A DNA stretch of 64,000 nucleotides from an uncultured delta proteobacterium (GCA_963772835.1 CAVYYZ010000012.1:254512-318511); one strand, 5' to 3'; shown: positions 14,769-24,966, counted from the first letter of the stretch. The notes: generated by a model from the sequence alone, not told the origin. Translations and numbers: made by a program.

Positions 14769-16358
14769 ATGACCCTGCCGCTCAAAATAGACAAAACACT
14801 GCGTGAACGTCGTCGCATAAACCGCCTTCTGGACTTTCTCAAGCGGGATGACCTTACCGGTGAGCAGATGGAGCGCATTGGCCGACGGCTTCAAAAATCG
14901 GGCAAACGGGCGCTCTCGCCTCTTGTACGCAAGCTCTGGCGCGAGCAGAACGGCACAGCCATCTATCGGTATACCTGTATGCTCGATTTTTTCGATGCTT
15001 CGGCCTGGATGGATCAACTGATCCAGATAACCCTGCAGCGCAAGGATCTGGAGGAGGATGGCAAGCTGGCCCTGCTGGATGTCCTGCATGACAGCGGTAT
15101 CGATGTCACCGCGCCTCCCTTCGCAGCCATGACCGGATATGGCTCCCCCACACTGGAAGGCTTTGTTGATGACTGCCTGGCCGATAACGAGCGCGGACTG
15201 GTTCGGTTCATTGACAGTTTTCTCGATGTGGCAGACGAGTTCCGTGAAAGGATGATACATCGACTCTCCGATGCATCATCCGCAGAAGCGGTGGCATTAC
15301 TGGAGATCCTGCTCTCTTTCGAAAAAGAGGAGATCGTACGCGAAGCTGTACGTGCCTTAGGTCGTGCAAAAAGCGGATATGCACTTGATGTTCTTGAACG
15401 TGCTGAATTACGGCATGAAGGGGAATTGGCCGCCTTGATCCGGCGCAGTATCCGACGGCTTGCATTTACCGGTATCCGTGAGTCACTTGAACTGCCGAAC
15501 TCTTTCCAGCAACCGCTTCCGTTTTATGAGGTTTTTGCCGGACCGGTCGATTTTTACGGTTCCCGCACGCTCTGGTTCTCCTGGCGGCTGGACGATCAGG
15601 CTATTGCTGCCATGCTGGTCCTGACCGGTGAAACTGATGGCATGCTGAATGCCATCAGCTATCGCATGAAAGACCAAAAAGAGTACAGTCATATCCTGAA
15701 AGACGTGTCGGGCGGTGAGATGTTGACACCGGTGGAGCATGACTATGCCCTTGCTTCGCTGCGTGATGCACTCCACCGCAGTCGAGAAGGGGGATTTTAC
15801 CTCCCTCCCGATTTTTATGTTGATATGCGTCTTTTCCGCCCGGATTCCCTGAAACCTGAATCATACATCCCCCGCTTCAAACTCAAGCATCTCGAAGATA
15901 TCGTTGAGAAGATTCCGGGATATGTTGCCACAAGCAACGACCTGCTCGATGAGCCTGGTCTTGAAGGGTGGGTGCTTACCGAGACGGCTCTGTATGACGC
16001 TGCTGATCGATTCGCTGCTCTTGAAGCTGAGGGTGGCCCGGATTCGGTGTCACAGGAGGATCTGGAGGGGGAGATCTCCCGCTGCTGTGACGAGTTGATA
16101 GTGCCCCGGCGTGCCGATATCATCAAACGGCTGCTGCTGACAGCTGATTACCTGCAGCAGATCGAAGGAGATGAAAATGCGGTGCAAAAGACCCTGGCTA
16201 CTGCCTTAAGTCTGGTCGGAGGTTTTTTGCCCGACTGCCGCCACCCGTTTGTCAGGAGGCTGCTGCTGGACAGTGTTGACGCTGCCCGGCAAACGCTGGC
16301 AGAAGGGTATGATCCGCGTCTGGAGGAGGGTTTTGATGACGATGAATACGACGACTGA
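14769..16358 (+). CDS. Conserved hypothetical protein, helical/HEAT-repeat-like, with an acidic C-terminal tail
   Basis: 529-aa ORF abutting the gyrA stop, with a HEAT-like EIVREAVRALG segment; no catalytic motif recognised. Confidence 0.75.
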   Translation: MTLPLKIDKTLRERRRINRLLDFLKRDDLTGEQMERIGRRLQKSGKRALSPLVRKLWREQNGTAIYRYTCMLDFFDASAWMDQLIQITLQRKDLEEDGKLALLDVLHDSGIDVTAPPFAAMTGYGSPTLEGFVDDCLADNERGLVRFIDSFLDVADEFRERMIHRLSDASSAEAVALLEILLSFEKEEIVREAVRALGRAKSGYALDVLERAELRHEGELAALIRRSIRRLAFTGIRESLELPNSFQQPLPFYEVFAGPVDFYGSRTLWFSWRLDDQAIAAMLVLTGETDGMLNAISYRMKDQKEYSHILKDVSGGEMLTPVEHDYALASLRDALHRSREGGFYLPPDFYVDMRLFRPDSLKPESYIPRFKLKHLEDIVEKIPGYVATSNDLLDEPGLEGWVLTETALYDAADRFAALEAEGGPDSVSQEDLEGEISRCCDELIVPRRADIIKRLLLTADYLQQIEGDENAVQKTLATALSLVGGFLPDCRHPFVRRLLLDSVDAARQTLAEGYDPRLEEGFDDDEYDD

Positions 16359-17361
16359 TATCGAGCGGATTGCTGTCATCGGCGGCGGCAGCTGGGGAAC
16401 AGCTTTGGCGGGACGGCTTGCGGCCAACGGAAATGACACGGTTCTGTGGGCCTATGAGCCGGAACTGGTGACGGAGATCAATTCCAGTCACACCAATTCG
16501 CTCTATCTCCCCGGCATACATCTGCACCCGACTCTTGCATGCACCGGAAATCTGGAAGAGGCGACCGCCGGACGCAGTATTGTACTGCTGGTGACGCCGG
16601 TTCAGGTAATGCGCGGCGTGCTGAAGCAGCTTACATCTCATATCGCACCGGACGCGATTATTGCCAATGCATCCAAAGGGATCGAACTTGGAACCCTCCA
16701 AACGGTTTCCCAGATCTGCGGGGAACTGTTTGGAGAAACCGCTCTGGGGCGCTATGTTGCTCTTTCGGGGCCGACCTTTGCCCGTGAAGTGGCTCAGGAA
16801 CTCCCTTCGTTAATTGTGGCGGCCTCCCGCAGTACTGTCGCTTCAGGACGTGTTCAGGCCGCTTTCAGTTGCCCCTGTCTGCGGGTGTATACCAACGGTG
16901 ATGTCATCGGCGTCGAACTGGGTGGTGCGGTAAAAAATGTCATCGCCATTGCCGCCGGAATCTGTGACGGTCTCGGCTTTGGCCACAATGCCCGGGCGGC
17001 CCTTATTACGAGAGGACTGGCCGAGATGAACCGACTGGGTCAGGCCATGGGGGCGCAGGCAGCCACTTTTGCCGGTCTGGCCGGCATGGGCGATCTGGTG
17101 CTGACCTGTACCGGAGACCTTTCCCGCAACCGCACGGTCGGTTTCAAGCTTGGGCAGGGAATGAAATTGACGGATATTCTGGCCGAGATGCGAATGGTTG
17201 CCGAAGGGGTAAAGAGCGCCGAATCGGTCTACCAGCTCTCCCGCCGTCTCGGAGTCGAGATGCCGATCGTGGAGAAGACTTTCCAGATCCTCCACGAAGA
17301 CAAACCGGCCCGTCAGGCGGTGATCGAACTGATGGCGCGGGATTTGAAGGCTGAGGCATAG
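16336..17361 (+). CDS. gpsA: NAD(P)H-dependent glycerol-3-phosphate dehydrogenase (start at 16336 or 16342)
   Basis: IAVIGGGSWGTALA, LSGPTFA, GGAVKNVIAIAAG and GDLVLTC..LSRNR; GGAGG RBS at 16322-16329. Confidence 0.96.
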   Translation: MTMNTTTDIERIAVIGGGSWGTALAGRLAANGNDTVLWAYEPELVTEINSSHTNSLYLPGIHLHPTLACTGNLEEATAGRSIVLLVTPVQVMRGVLKQLTSHIAPDAIIANASKGIELGTLQTVSQICGELFGETALGRYVALSGPTFAREVAQELPSLIVAASRSTVASGRVQAAFSCPCLRVYTNGDVIGVELGGAVKNVIAIAAGICDGLGFGHNARAALITRGLAEMNRLGQAMGAQAATFAGLAGMGDLVLTCTGDLSRNRTVGFKLGQGMKLTDILAEMRMVAEGVKSAESVYQLSRRLGVEMPIVEKTFQILHEDKPARQAVIELMARDLKAEA

Positions 17362-17371
17362 CTAGTTCCCT

Positions 17372-17552
17372 ATCGAATCATCTAAAGAACATTGTGTAAA
17401 GTCTGCAAATGTCCCCTTTGATATGTCCGCCGAATTCATTCCATCATTGAACCCTTAGTGACGAACGACTGGAACAGCTGGCAGCCGTTCGTCCACCTGA
17501 GGCTCCTGAGTTCGACAACATCATTCATCGTAGTCCAAGCATGCAGCGCTTA
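17372..17552 (+). pseudogene. Frameshifted internal remnant of an RtcR-like sigma54-dependent activator
   Basis: Two frames join to IESSKEHCVKSANVPFDMSAEFIP / LSDERLEQLAAVRPPEAPEFDNIIHRSPSMQRL. This resembles, from memory, the segment preceding the AAA+ domain of RtcR-like regulators. No start codon and no AAA+ domain are present. Confidence 0.55.
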
Positions 17553-17569
17553 GCCGTATTTGCACCCAA

Positions 17570-17589
17570 CAACTAACTAATGTTAGTTG
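17570..17589. promoter_or_regulatory. Perfect inverted repeat, candidate operator
   Basis: CAACTAAC-TAAT-GTTAGTTG about 45 bp upstream of the RhuM-Fic start. Confidence 0.45.
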
Positions 17590-17635
17590 CCTTATAGTTT
17601 AGACACTCCTGCTCATAGATGCTTTGGAGACAGCC

Positions 17636-18613
17636 ATGGCCACCACTGACGACGCTATTATCCTCTATCAGAGCCCTGACGGCAATACAGCTCTTGACGT
17701 CCATCTCGACCATGACACAGTCTGGTTAAGTCAAAAGCAGTTAGCTGAGCTGTTTCAGCGTGAGCGTAGTGTAATTACCAAACATGTACGTAATGTATTT
17801 ATAGAAGGGGAGTTGGATGAAAAAAGCAATGTGCAAAATATGCACATTGCTTTTTCTGACAAACCGGTGGCCCTCTACAGCCTCGACGTCATCATCTCCG
17901 TCGGTTACCGGGTTAAGTCACCACAAGGTACACGCTTCCGCATCTGGGCTACCAAAACCCTGAAAGACCATATTGTTAAAGGCTACACGGTCAACGAGCA
18001 GCGCTTCCGCGAACAAGCCGAAAAACTGACCGACATGTGCCGGACCGTGGAATTGCTGGCCCGCACCCTGTCAAACCAGGAACTGGTCAGCGATACCGGC
18101 AAGGAAGTGCTGCGAGTCATCACCGACTACGCGTATGCCCTGAACCTTTTGGACCGTTATGATCACGGCACCCTGACTATCGAGGAAACCACCCGGCAGG
18201 CGCTGCACGTTATCGATTACGACGAAGCAATCAGGATTGTAGTCTCAATGAAGAGGGAGTTTGACGGGCTGTTCGGTATTGAGAAGGATCAGGGTTTCAA
18301 GAGCGCACTGGGAGCAATCTATCAGACATTTGGTGGTGATGAGCTATACCCGAGTGTCGAGGAAAAAGGCGCCAACCTCCTCTACTTCGTCGTCAAGAAC
18401 CACGCATTTACCGACGGCAACAAACGAATCGCCGCCGCCCTGTTCATCTATTTCCTCGGTACTAACGCCATTCTTTACCGACCTGATGGGAGCAAGCGCC
18501 TTGCAGACAACGCCCTGGTGGCGCTAACGCTTCTGATTGCAGAGAGTCGACCGGATGAGAAGGACACCATTGTCAAAGTAATCGTGAATCTGATTAACCG
18601 GAATAATGATTGA
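17636..18613 (+). CDS. RhuM/Fic(DOC) family protein
   Basis: N-terminal RhuM-like [27 protein letters not shown] and C-terminal Fic/Doc motif [16 protein letters not shown] before ATG 17636. Confidence 0.9.
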   Translation: MATTDDAIILYQSPDGNTALDVHLDHDTVWLSQKQLAELFQRERSVITKHVRNVFIEGELDEKSNVQNMHIAFSDKPVALYSLDVIISVGYRVKSPQGTRFRIWATKTLKDHIVKGYTVNEQRFREQAEKLTDMCRTVELLARTLSNQELVSDTGKEVLRVITDYAYALNLLDRYDHGTLTIEETTRQALHVIDYDEAIRIVVSMKREFDGLFGIEKDQGFKSALGAIYQTFGGDELYPSVEEKGANLLYFVVKNHAFTDGNKRIAAALFIYFLGTNAILYRPDGSKRLADNALVALTLLIAESRPDEKDTIVKVIVNLINRNND

Positions 18614-18632
18614 AGACAACAGGAGACAAACC

Positions 18633-19109
18633 ATGCGCATAGGGCACGGCTACGACGTTCACCGTCTGGTGGAGGGAAGAAAGCTGATCATGGGAGGGGT
18701 GGATATCCCGTGGGAGAAAGGGTTGTTGGGGCATTCCGATGCGGACGTATTGCTGCATGCCATTGCCGACGCAATACTCGGAGCGATTGGTGAAGGGGAT
18801 ATAGGCAGGCATTTCCCCGATACTGATTCTGCCTACAAAGGGGCTGACAGCCTGAAGCTGCTTGCGCACGTTGTGGAATTAGCTGCCGAGCGCGGCTACA
18901 AGCTCGGCAACCTGGATGCCACCATTATCGCCCAGATGCCGAAGATGGCGCCCCATATTAAGATCATGAGGAGAAACATCGCACGGGTGTTGAATGTCGA
19001 TGTTTCACAGGTTAACGTCAAAGCCACGACAGAGGAAGGTCTTGGATTCAGCGGATCCGGAGAAGGTATTGCCGCTCATGCGGTAGTGCTGATGACGGCA
19101 AAGAAATAA
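18633..19109 (+). CDS. ispF: 2-C-methyl-D-erythritol 2,4-cyclodiphosphate synthase
   Basis: [29 protein letters not shown] and [16 protein letters not shown]. Confidence 0.97.
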   Translation: MRIGHGYDVHRLVEGRKLIMGGVDIPWEKGLLGHSDADVLLHAIADAILGAIGEGDIGRHFPDTDSAYKGADSLKLLAHVVELAAERGYKLGNLDATIIAQMPKMAPHIKIMRRNIARVLNVDVSQVNVKATTEEGLGFSGSGEGIAAHAVVLMTAKK

Positions 19110-19116
19110 ACCGTTG

Positions 19117-19184
19117 ATAGGGGCGTATTTTATACGCCCCAGCGGTACTACAATGAATCAGGGGCGCAAGCATTGCGCCCCTAC
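19117..19184. repeat. Inverted pair of GTAG-family REP-like palindromes (REPIN-like) between convergent genes
   Basis: ATAGGGGCGTATTTTATACGCCCC (19117-19140) and AGGGGCGCAAGCATTGCGCCCCTAC (19160-19184). Confidence 0.7.
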
Positions 19185-19195
19185 GACACAGATTC

Positions 19196-20107
19196 CTACA
19201 ACCCCTTCTCGGCCAGTTCCTCCACCAGTTTTTTCTGCTCCCCATTCAGCGATTCAGGAATATGCACCCCGATTTTTACATACAGATCGCCTTTGGCATT
19301 TGAACCGAGTGATTTGATGCCGCACCCCTTAAGTCTGATCTTGGTACCCGGCTGAATCCCCGCCGGAACTTTGATCCGTTTGTCCCCCTCCAGTGTCGGC
19401 ACATCGAGAGAAACTCCCAGACAGGCGGCGCTGAACGAAATTGAGCGCTCCACAAACAGATCACCACTGTCGCGGATGAAAACAGAATCAGGAAGCACCT
19501 TGATGATCAGGAACAGATCTCCAGTCGGACCGCCCCCCTCTCCCTGTGCCCCTTTGCCTGAAATGCGTATTTTGCTGCCGTTGTCAACCCCGGCCGGGAT
19601 TTTCACCTTCAACTCTTCCCGCTCGCCATTACGGCGGAATGCGATCTGCTTTTCAGCGCCCAGGGCGGCATCACGAAACGTAACGGTCAGCTCCATTTCA
19701 TGGTCGCCCCCCCTCTGCGGCCCTTGCCGAAAGCTGCCACGACCGCCGCCACGCCCGAATGATCCGCCGAAAAGACGTGAGAAAATATCCTCTGCCCCTC
19801 CGCCGCCAACGCCTCCCCCCATGTCTTTATAGGCATTTCCGAAGTCGAATCCACGGAAAATATCTTCCTGGCTGTACTGCTGATGAAAGCCGCTGGAGCC
19901 GTAGGTATCATACTTCTGCTTCTTCTCCGGATCGGAAAGCACGGCATACGCTTCGTTGATTTCTTTAAACTTGTCTTCGGCCGTTTTGTTGTCCGGGTTG
20001 CGGTCCGGGTGATACTTGACCGCCAGCTTGCGGAAAGCCTTTTTAATATCATCTGCCGAAGCCCCTTTTTCGACTCCGAGTGTTTTGTAATAATCAACCT
20101 GTGCCAT
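19196..20107 (-). CDS. DnaJ-class (type B, CbpA-like) co-chaperone
   Basis: J domain with HPD (KYHPDRN), G/F-rich linker and DnaJ C-terminal domain; no zinc-finger CxxCxGxG repeats. Confidence 0.92.
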   Translation of the reverse strand: MAQVDYYKTLGVEKGASADDIKKAFRKLAVKYHPDRNPDNKTAEDKFKEINEAYAVLSDPEKKQKYDTYGSSGFHQQYSQEDIFRGFDFGNAYKDMGGGVGGGGAEDIFSRLFGGSFGRGGGRGSFRQGPQRGGDHEMELTVTFRDAALGAEKQIAFRRNGEREELKVKIPAGVDNGSKIRISGKGAQGEGGGPTGDLFLIIKVLPDSVFIRDSGDLFVERSISFSAACLGVSLDVPTLEGDKRIKVPAGIQPGTKIRLKGCGIKSLGSNAKGDLYVKIGVHIPESLNGEQKKLVEELAEKGL

Positions 20108-20253
20108 TTTGCTCTCCATCCACCATTATTTGGGTACAATGTAAGCGCTAACACCGGTACTGTCAACTTTGTCGGCAGTGTACACCTTGACAGAGCAGGT
20201 GACGGCACGTACTATCAGCAGGTACGTTCCACTACGTTTTCGAGGGCATTCCC

Positions 20254-21660
20254 ATGAAAAAAATTGTCATCATCGGCGGCGGTATATCCGGTCTGGCTAC
20301 CGCCTGGCTGCTCCGTTCCAAGGCTCAAGCAGCCGGAAGAGAGCTGGAGATAACCCTGATAGAGAAGGAAGAGCGGCCGGGCGGGAAGATCCGGAGCATC
20401 AAGACTGACGGCTACATCTGTGAATGGGGGCCTAACGGTTTTCTGGACAGCAAGCCGCAAACACTGGATCTTTGCAGAGCGATCGGAGTGGAAGGCAACC
20501 TGCATCGCAGCAACGACAACGCCCGCAAACGCTTCATTTATTCCGGCGGTGAACTGCATCAGCTTCCGGATGGCGCCCCCGCCTTCCTCAAAAGCAGCCT
20601 GATCTCCTGGTCCGGCAAGTTGCGGCTTGCACTGGAACCAACCCCCTTTATAGCATCTGCACCGGTTGGCGTGGATGAAACTCTCGCCGCGTTCGGACGG
20701 CGCCGTCTTGGTGGAGAGGCTCTGGATAAACTGATTGCACCAATGGTTTCCGGCATCTTTGCCGGCGATCCTGAAACCATGTCGCTGGAATCCTGCTTTC
20801 CGCGCATTGCCGAACTTGAGCGGGAATATGGCGGATTGATCCGGGCGATGATCATGCTAGGCAAAAAGAAGAAAAAGGATATCGCCGACGGCAAGGTCGT
20901 CTCCAGTGCCGCCGGCCCGGGAGGAACCCTGACGTCGTTCCGCGAGGGGATCCAGTTTCTCTCCGATGCCCTGTCAGCATCGCTGGGAGGAATAGTGCGG
21001 ACAGGCGTTACTGTCACCTCTGTGGCTAAAAGGGGGAGCGCTTCTTATGTAGTGACGTGCAGCGACGGCAGTATATATGAGGCTGATGTGGCAATTGTGG
21101 CTTCACCTGCCTATGCTGCGGCGGATATGCTGTCTGACCTTGACGGGGGGATCTCCGGAGTACTGCGGCAGATTCCCTATGCCAGCATGACGGTGATCTG
21201 CTGTGGCTACAGCCGTAACCAGATCAACCGCTCTCTGGATGGATTCGGCTATCTGATCCCGAAAAAGGAGGGGCGCAGTACACTCGGCACCCTTTGGGAT
21301 TCAAGCATGTTCGAGAATCGGGCTGCGGAGGGGAAAGTACTTCTGCGCAGCATGATGGGGGGAGCCTGCTTTCCTGAATACGTCACGCTGAGCGATGATG
21401 AAGTAGTAAGCCGGGTCAGACAGGATCTGAAGATGACAATGGGAATAGATGCCGCACCGGAGTTTGTCAGGGTATTCCGCCATCCGCAGGCAATTCCGCA
21501 GTACACCGTCGGACATGGCGCACGGCTGCAGAAACTGGAAGAGATGCTCCGCGCGCATCCCGGACTGATTCTGACCGGAAACTCATACCGCGGCATCGGG
21601 CTGAATGACTGCGTGGCGGCGGCAGAACGGGCGGCGGATGGGGCGTTGTTGATAGTTTAG
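20254..21660 (+). CDS. hemY: Protoporphyrinogen/coproporphyrinogen oxidase, HemY type (often annotated hemG)
   Basis: IIGGGISGL, EWGPNGF, GFGYL, AIPQY and GIGLNDC. Confidence 0.92.
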   Translation: MKKIVIIGGGISGLATAWLLRSKAQAAGRELEITLIEKEERPGGKIRSIKTDGYICEWGPNGFLDSKPQTLDLCRAIGVEGNLHRSNDNARKRFIYSGGELHQLPDGAPAFLKSSLISWSGKLRLALEPTPFIASAPVGVDETLAAFGRRRLGGEALDKLIAPMVSGIFAGDPETMSLESCFPRIAELEREYGGLIRAMIMLGKKKKKDIADGKVVSSAAGPGGTLTSFREGIQFLSDALSASLGGIVRTGVTVTSVAKRGSASYVVTCSDGSIYEADVAIVASPAYAAADMLSDLDGGISGVLRQIPYASMTVICCGYSRNQINRSLDGFGYLIPKKEGRSTLGTLWDSSMFENRAAEGKVLLRSMMGGACFPEYVTLSDDEVVSRVRQDLKMTMGIDAAPEFVRVFRHPQAIPQYTVGHGARLQKLEEMLRAHPGLILTGNSYRGIGLNDCVAAAERAADGALLIV

Positions 21661-22346
21661 AGCAGCCCCCGCTCCACAAAACTCAGATACTCCCCGTCAC
21701 CGACAATGATATGATCCAGTACTTTGATTCCCATGATCTCCCCGGCTTCCTTCAGGCGGCGCGTGATGGCGATATCCTCGCTGCTGGGGGCCGGATCACC
21801 GGTAGGGTGGTTGTGAACCAGTATAACGGCGGCGGCCGATTCCTTTACCGCCGGGCTGAAGACCTCCCGGGGATGGACGATCGACTGATTTAAGCTTCCT
21901 TCAGATATCTGGACCCGCCTGATGATGCGGTTTTTCCCGTCCAGCAGCAGGACAAGAAAATATTCCCTGCGGCTGTCGCGAAACTCGTGATGGAAATAGT
22001 CGAAGACCTGCTGCGGGGAGGTGAAGCGGTCGAGGCGTTCCAGCTTGCGGCCCTGAAATCGTGAAGCAAGGGCAAAAGCCGCCTTGATGCTGGTTGCCTT
22101 GGCCAGACCGACCCCTTTGATGGCACACAGTTCACCGATGCCGGCACTTGCGAGCTCGCGAAGGTTGCCGCTGAAGTGCGAGATCAATCCCCGTCCCAGA
22201 TCGATGGCGCTCTGCCGTGAACTTGGATCACCCGTTCTGATGATCAGCGCCAGCAATTCCGCATCAGAGAGGGCTGCAGCACCCTGCTTGAGCATTTTTT
22301 CCCGCGGCCGCTCGTCCTCGGGCCACTCCTTGATGCCACCCTTCAT
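21657..22346 (-). CDS. radC: RadC/UPF0758 JAB-domain protein
   Basis: ERPREK..G..ALSDAELLA, VHPREVF, HNHPTGD and LDHII. Confidence 0.95.
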   Translation of the reverse strand: MKGGIKEWPEDERPREKMLKQGAAALSDAELLALIIRTGDPSSRQSAIDLGRGLISHFSGNLRELASAGIGELCAIKGVGLAKATSIKAAFALASRFQGRKLERLDRFTSPQQVFDYFHHEFRDSRREYFLVLLLDGKNRIIRRVQISEGSLNQSIVHPREVFSPAVKESAAAVILVHNHPTGDPAPSSEDIAITRRLKEAGEIMGIKVLDHIIVGDGEYLSFVERGLL

Positions 22347-22354
22347 GCTCCCTC

Positions 22355-23176
22355 CTACACGATGAACCCTGACAGAATGGCCGCAATCAAACCGCCACCT
22401 ACGATCACCCGGTACCAGACAAACGGTGAAAGGCTCTGTTTCTGCACAAAACGGAGCAGGAAGGCGACGCTTATATACCCGGTGACCGCTGAGAAAATAA
22501 TTCCGACCAGCATCAGCTGGCCTTCACCGGCTGGAATACCATGTTTTAAGAGATGCACGGATTTAAGCAGGGCGGCCCCTGCAACAATCGGCAGTGACAT
22601 CAGAAAAGAAAATCGGGCAGCGCTCTCACGGGTGAATCCGAGCATCAGTCCGGCGGTGATGGTAATACCGGAACGGGAAACTCCCGGGATCAACGCAAGA
22701 CATTGCAGAAGACCGATTTTCAGGGCACTGGACGGGCCAATCTGATCAAGTGTCAGGCGTTTACGACCAAAGTAATCGGTCAGACCGAGAATCAGACCGA
22801 AAACAACCAGAAAAACTGCAATCAATAACGGATTAGAGCGGAAAACAGCCTCGACCTGATGTTCGAGCAGCTTGCCTGCCAGGGCGGCCGGAACGGTTGC
22901 GCCGATGATCAGAAACGGTAGTCTCCGGGCGGGAGTGTTCAACCTGCGTGTTGCAATGACATCGAAGAACGATACGGTCATTTCAGTGATATCGCGCCAA
23001 AAATAAAGTGCCAGGGCAATAAAAGTCCCCAGATGCAGCGCAACGTCGAAGGTAAGGCCGGATTCAGGCCATTTGAGCAGCCAGGGTAACAGGATCAGGT
23101 GGGCAGAACTGCTGATCGGCAGTACTTCGGTAAAGCCCTGCAGAGCGCCAAGAACCGCCGCATGAAACATAGTCAT
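22355..23176 (-). CDS. uppP: Undecaprenyl-diphosphate phosphatase UppP/BacA
   Basis: QGFTEVLPISSSAHL, PGVSRSGITI and ARFSFLMS; start 23176 chosen from a GAGGGAG RBS. Confidence 0.95.
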   Translation of the reverse strand: MTMFHAAVLGALQGFTEVLPISSSAHLILLPWLLKWPESGLTFDVALHLGTFIALALYFWRDITEMTVSFFDVIATRRLNTPARRLPFLIIGATVPAALAGKLLEHQVEAVFRSNPLLIAVFLVVFGLILGLTDYFGRKRLTLDQIGPSSALKIGLLQCLALIPGVSRSGITITAGLMLGFTRESAARFSFLMSLPIVAGAALLKSVHLLKHGIPAGEGQLMLVGIIFSAVTGYISVAFLLRFVQKQSLSPFVWYRVIVGGGLIAAILSGFIV

Positions 23177-23351
23177 GTCAAACTCCCTCGTAGAAATGAA
23201 CGAAGAATACTGCAACACATCAGCAAAGGCAATCACTGTTGCCGTATTGCCGGCAGACGGGAGTAAATTTAGGCTGTGAACGTGGATAAAAGTATGTTAT
23301 TTGTCACAAGTTTTAAATGCATCTGGCACGAAAACTAACGGAGGCGGAACC

Positions 23352-23972
23352 ATGTTCGGATTGATACCCAAAGAAGAAAAATTTTTCAAGCTTTTCAAGG
23401 AGATGACCGAAAATATTATCGAAGGGGCCAAACTCCTCAAAGAGATGCTTGACAACTTTGAGAACCCGGCAGAAAGCCAGCGGCGGATCAAGGATATTGA
23501 GCACAAGGGTGACTCTCTCACACATGAGGTCATCCAGAAGCTCAATAAAACCTTTGTTACTCCCCTGGATCGCGAAGACATCTACTCACTCGCCTCCAAA
23601 CTCGATGATATTCTTGACCTCATTGACGCATCTGCGCAGCGGATTATCATGTACAATGTGGAGGCCATTCCCCCGGAAGCCAAGACCCTCGGATTTATTA
23701 TCCTTCAGTCGTGCCATGCGGTCGATAAAGCGGTGGCCATGCTGGGCAAGAAGACCAACGAGCAGATCTTTGAGGCGTGCGTGGAAATCAACTCACTGGA
23801 AAATGAAGCGGACCGGGTTTCTCGCGAGGCGATCAGCCGATTGTTTGATGAAGAGAAAGACCCGATCCAGCTGATCAAGTGGAAAGAAATTTACGAGACA
23901 CTTGAGAAGGCCACCGACAGGTGCGAAGACGCCTCCAACATTCTAGAAAGCGTGGTGGTAAAAAATGCTTGA
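23352..23972 (+). CDS. DUF47/PhoU-like phosphate transport accessory protein
   Basis: EHKGD, FVTPLDREDI, ENEAD and E..TDRCED; overlaps the pit start. Confidence 0.9.
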   Translation: MFGLIPKEEKFFKLFKEMTENIIEGAKLLKEMLDNFENPAESQRRIKDIEHKGDSLTHEVIQKLNKTFVTPLDREDIYSLASKLDDILDLIDASAQRIIMYNVEAIPPEAKTLGFIILQSCHAVDKAVAMLGKKTNEQIFEACVEINSLENEADRVSREAISRLFDEEKDPIQLIKWKEIYETLEKATDRCEDASNILESVVVKNA

Positions 23973-24966
23973 ACCGGCCTTTATGATGCTCTGCCTGGTG
24001 ATTCTGGCAGCGCTGGTCTTTGACTACATCAACGGTTTCCATGATACGGCCAATGCCATAGCCACCTGTATTTCCACTCGGGCACTCTCGGTCAGATCCG
24101 CCATTATAATGGCGGCGGTGCTTAATTTTGCCGGTGCCATGATCTCTACCAAGGTTGCAACAACCATCGGCAAAGGAATTGTTGACGCCTCCAACGTAAC
24201 CCAGACGGTTGTCCTGGCCGGCATAGCCGGCGCGATTCTCTGGAATCTGATAACCTGGTACTACGGGCTTCCCTCATCTTCATCCCACGCAATTATCGGT
24301 GGTCTGATGGGAGCGGTTTTTGCCCATGCCGGCATCACTGCCCTGAAGTGGGCCGGGTTGAAGAAGATCATCATGGCGCTGCTCCTCTCCCCGATCCTGG
24401 GAACGATCGTCGGTTTCATCTTTATGTTAATCCTGTACCGGATTTTCCGTAACAGCGCACCCAGCGGTCTCAATAAGAACTTCCGTCGACTGCAGGTCGC
24501 ATCGGCCGCGTTGATGGCCTTCTCACACGGCACCGCCGATGCTCAGAAGTCGATGGGGGTCATCACCATGGCCTTGGTCAGCTTCGGAACCTTGAAGACC
24601 TTTGACGTTCCCTGGGAAGTCATGGTGGCCTGTGCGACAGCCATGGCACTCGGAACCGCTGCGGGCGGCTGGCGCATCATCAAGACCGTCGGACACGACT
24701 TTGTCAAATTGCAGCCGGTACACGGATTCTGTGTAGAAACAGCCTCAGCCGGCGTTATTCTGGGGGCCTCGGCCTTTGGCATGCCTACCAGTACGACGCA
24801 CGTCATCACCTCCACCATCCTGGGCGTCGGGCTCTCCAAGCGGCTGACTGCCGTCAACTGGAACGTCGCCAAAAGGATTCTGATAGCATGGGTACTTACC
24901 ATTCCGGCTTCGGCCCTGGTCGCCTACCTTACCTATCAGGTTCTGAATCCCGTGCTGGGGAAATAA
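23965..24966 (+). CDS. PiT family inorganic phosphate transporter
   Basis: NGFHDTANAIA, GLPSSSSHA, HGTADAQKSMG and PTSTTH. Confidence 0.93.
   Translation: MLEPAFMMLCLVILAALVFDYINGFHDTANAIATCISTRALSVRSAIIMAAVLNFAGAMISTKVATTIGKGIVDASNVTQTVVLAGIAGAILWNLITWYYGLPSSSSHAIIGGLMGAVFAHAGITALKWAGLKKIIMALLLSPILGTIVGFIFMLILYRIFRNSAPSGLNKNFRRLQVASAALMAFSHGTADAQKSMGVITMALVSFGTLKTFDVPWEVMVACATAMALGTAAGGWRIIKTVGHDFVKLQPVHGFCVETASAGVILGASAFGMPTSTTHVITSTILGVGLSKRLTAVNWNVAKRILIAWVLTIPASALVAYLTYQVLNPVLGK

Noticed and set aside
13638..15260. 540-aa minus-strand ORF and other long ORFs antisense to gyrA/gyrB
   Set aside because: They overlap conserved genes, have no recognisable motifs, and are the expected result of codon bias.
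17601..17611. AGACACTCCTG shared with the IS3 end at 45086-45096
   Set aside because: An 11-mer match is expected many times by chance in 64 kb and the flanks do not align convincingly.
21657..22346. radC as a marker of a mobile element or anti-defence locus
   Set aside because: It is the full-length chromosomal form downstream of uppP, with no integrase or other mobile genes nearby.
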